Of a stretch of DNA of 64,000 bases, positions 51,334 through 64,000 are shown piece by piece (within the stretch, counting starts at the first letter, position 1; the number at the start of each line of letters is the position of its first letter). Where the stretch lies: the NCBI RefSeq assembly GCF_964204645.1, contig NC_134026.1:31706250-31770249 (forward strand), given 5' to 3'. A program made the position numbers and the translations under genes. Below the pieces are notes generated by a model that saw only the letters and a list, made by a program, of their open reading frames with translations, did not search any database and was not told where the DNA came from. This DNA is from Tubulanus polymorphus. Lineage: Eukaryota; Animalia; Nemertea.

Positions 51334-51585
51334 ATGAGTGATAGTAAGGTATTAAATTTATTACATCTAATATATAAAAATCAACAGAATATTAAATCAA
51401 TTATTATGATTTCAGGTTTATTTTCTTTTTCAATTTATACTATAAAACAGTTGTTAGAATTCTATGATTCTTGTAAAATTAGATACGCTAAATTAAAAGA
51501 TAACATAAATTATATTTCAGATCGAATAAATAATATTAATTGTTGTGAAATATGTAATAAAAGATATAAAAATTCAAAATCATAA
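51334..51585 (+). CDS. Hypothetical 83-aa protein with hydrophobic segment and C-terminal CxxC in the cargo
   Basis: TATAAAG-ATG start; IIMISGLFSFSIYTI; CCEICNKRY. Confidence 0.4.
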   Translation: MSDSKVLNLLHLIYKNQQNIKSIIMISGLFSFSIYTIKQLLEFYDSCKIRYAKLKDNINYISDRINNINCCEICNKRYKNSKS

Positions 51586-51892
51586 AGGAATCACATGTAT
51601 ATTCATGAATTGAATGATAAACTGTATAATTCAAATTATGTTTGTTAATGAAAAAGATTAATTTCCTATACATATTGATGGATGAGTGGATGAATTGGAT
51701 GAATTGGATGAATGGTACGAATGGATGAATGGATGAGTCTTCCAGTTCTTCCACTCATCCATTCATACACAATTCAAAATTCTATAATATTTCAAATTAT
51801 GATTTTATTTTATAAATTGAGAATAAAACTGTTAAATTAGCTGAAAAAATGAAATATTGTATAAAATAATATTTCATTAAAAAGGGGATTGA

Positions 51893-52238
51893 GGTATTAA
51901 TGTATTAAATACGTATTAATGGTATTTAATACATATTAATGGTATTAAATACGTATTAATGGTATTAAATACGTATTAATGGTATTTAATACATATTAAT
52001 GGTATTTAATACGTATTAATGGTATTAAATACATATTAATGGTATTAAATACATATTAATGGTATTTAATACATATTAATGGTATTTAATACATATTAAT
52101 GGTATTAAATACGTATTAATGGTATTTAATACATATTAATGGTATTTAATACATATTAATGGTATTAAATACATATTAATGGTATTAAATACATATTAAT
52201 GGTATTAAATACGTATTAATGGTATTTAATACATATTA
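51893..52238. repeat. 20-bp AT-rich tandem array inside the cargo
   Basis: TATTAATGGTATT(A/T)AATAC(A/G), ~17 copies. Confidence 0.93.
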
Positions 52239-54136
52239 TGCTTTATCTATTAAATCAAAGTCACAGAAGTAATTTATTTTTTAATTTATTCATATATGTT
52301 ATAAAATTTCTTTACATAAACTAGAATAATACGAGATGATACTAAACTTATTCAAGGTAAAGTTTTTCTAGTATTATTCTAGTCAAATGTAAAGTAATTT
52401 AGTATCAATAAGAAATATTAGAAAAACATTAGAAAAACGATAAGTTACTTTAACAACACTTGCTTATTCAATTGTATTGTTTTTTATTTTTTGTAAAGTA
52501 ATGAAAAGTGAACAAGAATTGAATAGATTCAATAAGAATTATAACAGGTTTCTTTAACGTTAACTAAATAATACTAGCTTATTCAATTGTATTGTTTTTC
52601 TAATGTTTTTCTAATATTTCTTATTTGAAATTTATTTTAATTTTTTATGAACTCGACCTCTCGACCTTTGATCTGAAACAACTTATTCCTATTTACTACC
52701 CTAGCATACCAGAGTTGACTAACGTTAGTGTATGAAAATCCCGCTACCGATGAGCATAGAGGCAGCACCGTACGGTGAAATGTTGATATCTTAACAAATG
52801 TAATTACTGATAACTGATGCAGAGTGGTCGTGATGCTGAATAGAGGATGTACAGGGGTGTCCCGGGTTCGAACCTGGTAATTACTGATACTGATTCAGAG
52901 TGGTACTGAAGCTGAATAGAGGATGTACAGGGTGTCCCGGGTTCGACCCCAATATATTGCAGTAACATCCGAAATTTAAATCTGATATGATCGCCATCTA
53001 TTGGATTTTAACTGAATCGTCGATTGGAAAAATGTAGTCAGTTCGGCAAAATTCCACTAGATGGCGATCAATGATTTGTTTGAAATTGTCGTTTCAAGAA
53101 AATTCCAATAGATGGCGACCTATGTCCTCTTATTGTCAAATTTTAAGATGAAACAATAATGCAATTGATAGTATATGTGTTATCCTCCTTGGGAGTAGGT
53201 TTGAAGCTAGGTCCACTGTGTGGATGCCGCAGCTGCTGCTGCTGCTGCTGTTGTCTTAAAAACAAAATAATAAACCGTTCATCTAAAGGTATAAAAAGTA
53301 AACTTTATTCAATTTTAAAAAGTATATTTACAACTGAGATTTATATGTATGTATATATATAGAAGCCACAATGATAAGAGAGAAGAGGAGAGTGAAGAGG
53401 AGAGTGAAGAGGAGAGAAAAATGTGTGATTAAATATAAAAAGTGAAAATATGTATAAATATTAATTATGCAAAACAGTTATTGAAAAAGTATACATGATA
53501 CAATAATAATATAACTCAGCTCAGCATCAATCACTTTCAACCAATGAGCTTCACCCGATTTAAAATTAGCCACGCCCACATTTATTTACTGCTCTACATA
53601 TAATTTCTATTCTTATTCTAGATGAAACTAATTAAATTTCTGTTATAATCCTGGAGTAGCTGCCAGTAATAAATTCTCAGCAGCAAAATTCAAATCATTC
53701 TCAATCTTATTATGAACAAAAAGAAGGAAAAAATAAATTTTTTAAGAGTTTACAACAAAATTACAAAATTCCATCGATTTCAGTGAACACAACATAAACA
53801 TAGATCGACCAGATCAATCAAACATAGATCGACCAGATCAATCAAACATAGATCGACCAGATCAATCAAACATAGATCGACCAGATCAATCAAACATAGA
53901 TCGACCAGATCAATCAAACATAGATCGACCAGATCAATCAAACATAGATCGACCAGATCAATCAAACATAGATCGACCAGATCAATCAAACATAGATCGA
54001 CCAGATCAATCAAAATTATAAAACTGTAATAAAATAAAATGCTTAGAAATTGTGTTCAATATCCAATAGATGGCGTGCTCATCTGTCTTAATAGGGGGTT
54101 ACTGATCAGTATTCATCTCAATAGGTGGCGTTGATG

Positions 54137-59861
<5,725 letters not shown>

Positions 59862-62800
59862 TTTGAAAACAATAAACAAAAATCATCGAGATAAATAGAA
59901 ACACTTGACGAGCAGCAGCAGCACACGACCACTGTCACTGCAGCTACATATACTGAATATACTGAACTGAGCTGAGAGGGGGAGAGAAGCTTATTGATTT
60001 TTTGCATGACAACTACCATGGATATCAGTACACACTATAATACACATTTATAGTAGCAAAGTATTAATCAACAAAATGAAAGTAAAAACAGATTCAATTG
60101 GTTTTAGTAAGAGCTACTTATAATAATGAGCTGCTGTAATCATTAAATAGCTTTTACTTGGTAAAAGATATTACTTTATATATACACAGGATCCTTGGAG
60201 GACGACTGTACAGAGAAATGCTGGACCCTTGGAGGACTACTGTACAGAGAAATGCTGGACCCTTGGAGGACGACTGTACAGAGAAATGCTGGACCCTTGG
60301 AGGACGACTGTACAGAGAAATGCTGGACCCTTGGAGGACGACTGTACAGAGAAATGCTGGACCCTTGGAGGACGACTGTACAGAGAAATGCTGGACCCTT
60401 GGAGGACGACTGTACAGAGAAATGCTGGACCCTTGGAGGACGACTGTACAGAGAAATGCTGGACCCTTGGAGGACGACTGTACAGAGAAATGCTGGACCC
60501 TTGGAGGACGACTGTACAGAGAAATGCTGGACCCTTGGAGGACGACTGTACAGAGAAATGCTGGACCCTTGGAGGACGACTGTACAGAGAAATGCTGGAC
60601 CCTTGGAGGACGACTGTACAGAGAAATGCTGGACCCTTGGAGGACGACTGTACAGAGAAATGCTGGATCCTTGGAGGACGACTGTACAGAGAAATGTAGC
60701 TGCCCGAATAAATCAATTCCATCAATAATGATTCAATTTCCAATTGAACAATTTAAATTGTTATAGATGTTGATGGCTCTATACACTGACAGTAACAGTG
60801 AGCTGAATTTTGATATTTCAGATTCCTCAGTGACAGTAACAGTGAGCTGGATTTTGATATTTCAGATTCCTCAGTGACAGTAACAGTGAGCTGGATTTTG
60901 ATATTTCAGATTCCTCAGTGACAGTAACAGTGAGCTGGATTTTGATATTTCAGATTCCTCACTGACAGTAACAGTGAGCTGGATTTTGATATTTCAGATT
61001 CCTCAGTGACAGTAACAGTGAGCTGGATTTTGATATTTCAGATTCCTGAGGCTGAGAATCTGAACTCGAGTGAAATAATTTCTTCAGTTCCGTTTCATCA
61101 GTTGTTCATTGGATACACAGCAGATATCAAACTATTAGTTACTATAGCAACGATATAATTAACAATAAATTACCAAGGCAACAACAGCACTCACCCACAC
61201 TTCTGGAATAATCCTAATAAGAAACGTAAATATACAGTAGCAGCAGCAGTAGCCATGAGTTAATCATTGATTCAGGAGTAACAATAACAGCAGTGATTTT
61301 ATCATCATCCGGTATAAGTTTCAGATAAGAGAGAGACTAGTTTAAGTGAGGCCACGCTACACTATACAGTCATCTCTCTCTCTCTCTCTGTCTCTCTGTC
61401 TCTCTCTCTCTCTCTACATCATATATGAATGAATCAATCAATCCCCACCACACAGTTCACATCTCCCCCCTTCCCACTCCCTCCCTACACCCCACTCCCT
61501 CCCTACTCCCCACTCCCTTCTCATATCTAACCATGTACAAATCGTATCATTTGATTATACATAATCTATGTAGAACGCATTAAACGCATCCAGCCCGGGG
61601 TTCCTATCCCAGCCCGGGGTTCCTATCCCAGCCCCGGGTTCCTATCCTAGCCCGGGGTTCCGATCCCAGCCCGGGGTTCCTATCCCAGCCCGGGGTTCCT
61701 ATCCCAGCCCGGGGTTCCTATCCCAGCCCGGGGTTCCTATCCCAGCCCGGGGTTCCTATCCCAGCCCGGGGGTTCCTATCCCAGCCCGGGGGTTTCTATC
61801 CCAGCCCGGGGTTCCTATCCCAGCCCGGGGTTCCTATCCCAGCCCGGGGTTCCGATCCCAGCCCGGGGTTCCTATCCCAGCCCGGGGTTCCTATCCCAGC
61901 CCGGGGTTCCTATCCCAGCCCGGGGTTCCTATCCCAGCCCGGGGTTCCTATCCCAGCCCGGGGTTCCTATCCCAGCCCGGGGTTCCGATCCCAGCCCGGG
62001 GTTCCTATCCCAGCCCGGGGTTCCTATCCCAGCCCGGGGTTCCTATCCCAGCCCGGGGGTTTCTATCCCAGCCCGGGGTTCCTATCCCAGCCCGGGGTTC
62101 CTATCCCAGCCCGGGGTTCCTATCCCAGCCCCGGGTTCCTATCCTAGCCAGGGGTTCCGATCCCAGCCCGGGGTTCCTATCCCAGCCCGGGGTTCCTATC
62201 CCAGCCCGGGGTTCCTATCCCAGCCCGGGGTTCCTATCCCAGCCCGGGGTTCCTATCCCAGCCCGGGGTTTCTATCCCAGCCCGGGGTTCCTATCCCAGC
62301 CCGGGGTTCCTATCCCAGCCCGGGGTTCCTATCCCAGCCCGGGGTTCCTATCCCAGCCCGGGGGTTTCTATCCCAGCCCGGGGTTCCTATCCCAGCCCGG
62401 GGTTCCTATCCCAGCCCGGGGTTCCTATCCCAGCCCGGGGTTCCTATCCCAGCCCGGGGTTCCTATCCCAGCCCGGGGTTCCTATCCCAGCCCGGGGGTT
62501 TCTATCCCAGCCCGGGGTTCCTATCCCAGCCCGGGGTTCCTATCCCAGCCCGGGGTTCCTATCCCAGCCCGGGGTTCCTATCCCAGCCCGGGGTTCCTAT
62601 CCTAGCCCGGGGTTCCTATCCCAGCCCGGGGTACCTCATCCAGCCCAGACAGACATATAGATGGACTGATGGACGTACCTACAACATATACAATATATCG
62701 CAAACATCATTCTAACTGTGGCTGACACAACTGCTAATCACCATGGTATCCACTGAAATACTCATCAACATCATTATCACCTCACACTCTTACACACTAT

Positions 62801-64000
62801 CACACACTCTCTCACTCTCTCAACAGTAGCCTTTACACCTGAACACAGCCTTAACACAGCCTGAACACAGCCTGAACACAGCCTGAACACAGCCTGAACA
62901 CAGCCTGAACACAGCCTTAACACAGCCTGAACACAGCCTTAACACAGCCTGAACACAGCCTGAACACAGCCTGAACACAGCCTGAACACAGCCTTAACAC
63001 AGCCTGAACACAGCCTTAACACAGCCTTAACACAGCCTGAACACAGCCTTAACACAGCCTGAACACAGCCTTAACACAGCCTGAACACAGCCTGAACACA
63101 GCCTGAACACAGCCTAGCACCTAGCGGTAATGAATATTTCTAGGAATTTCTAGAAAGTAAAAGTAGGCCTAGCCTACTAGGGATGAGGGTCACATGAAGG
63201 ATACCAGTTCTAGGCACAGGTGCATTTTTCCCATTTAAAGGATAGTCCAATCATAGGATAATCAGAGAGGATAATCTGAGTGGATAATCTGAGAGGATAA
63301 TCTGAGTGGATAATCTGAGAGGATAATCTGACCTGATAATCTGAGAGGATAATCTGATTTTAACTTACTTCGGTATATCTCCTATTCGAGGAGCTCTCAT
63401 AATGCGATGATGATTTGTAGTTGGTTTTAATTGTACGTTATTCGGTGTTCGTAATTTCAAACAAAGACTCGCTCCTGAAAAAACAATATTCATCGTTACC
63501 ATGGTGATACAGATACACTGTCTCCCGCGTATAATGTGTTTATAATCTGGTAGATGGCGCATGCGAGATCAAGACTAGTGTCATCAGAATCGACACATCA
63601 TAGACGACAACCAACATATGATATATCATAGATATTGATATATCATTCTTACAGACATTGATATATCATAAGAGTAGATGCTGATATATCATTCCCATAA
63701 CTATTGATATATCATTCTCAAAACTATTGCAATAGCGTTCAGTTGGATATTGATATATCACTCTTATAGATATTGATATATCATTTTCATATTTCATACG
63801 AGAAAAGAAGATGTTTTTGAAGGTTCAAAGAGTTTATATATAACCTCTTCACAACCACAAACAAATCACAAACAAATCACAAACAAATCACAAACAAATC
63901 ACTTTTTATTCTACAAAAATCTCACATGTGACATAAAACAAACTCCACCCTGTTACATCGAATATAGACTATACACAGTATCAACCTCCCCCTCGCCTAC

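Larger units (their letters stand above)
49876..52776. mobile_element. Same TIR element carrying 2.72-kb AT-rich cargo (49978-52697)
   Basis: The same arms and flanks as 49387-49564, split at TAACC/ACCCTAGC. The cargo is bounded by 61-bp direct repeats. Confidence 0.85.

Noticed and set aside
49978-52697. LTR retrotransposon or autonomous transposon
   Set aside because: The direct repeats lack TG...CA ends, PBS and PPT, and no RT, integrase, transposase or Rep motifs were seen.
60785-61047. Plus-strand acceptor array (TTTGATATTTCAG) suggesting an antisense gene
   Set aside because: No convincing downstream exon or upstream donor was found, so it is kept only as a repeat.

Overview
Intron-rich animal (probably invertebrate) genomic DNA with five spliced protein-coding genes. 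DLGAP5/HURP (minus, 62-11242) is head-to-head with an ADAD-like pseudo-deaminase carrying two dsRBMs (plus, 11780-16473). Elongin B (minus, 19260-20377) is head-to-head with furry/FRY (plus, about 21482-49039), which converges on a CaMKK (minus, 54137 to at least 59861, with several candidate alternative 5' exons). Many introns hold their own private minisatellite, and most long ORFs in the six-frame track are translations of these repeats. Four things stand out. (1) A 2.72-kb AT-rich, intronless, virus-like ORF cassette with 61-bp direct repeats and a terminal hairpin sits in the middle of a ~70-bp-TIR element, with an empty copy of the same element about 0.3 kb upstream (49387-52776). (2) Tandem duplications span splice junctions and create arrays of decoy splice sites; in one array the AG is changed to GG in 20 of 22 copies. 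(3) FRY contains a U12 AT-AC intron. (4) A pure (CTG)~114 tract lies in FRY intron 1. All calls were made by eye; no searches were run.
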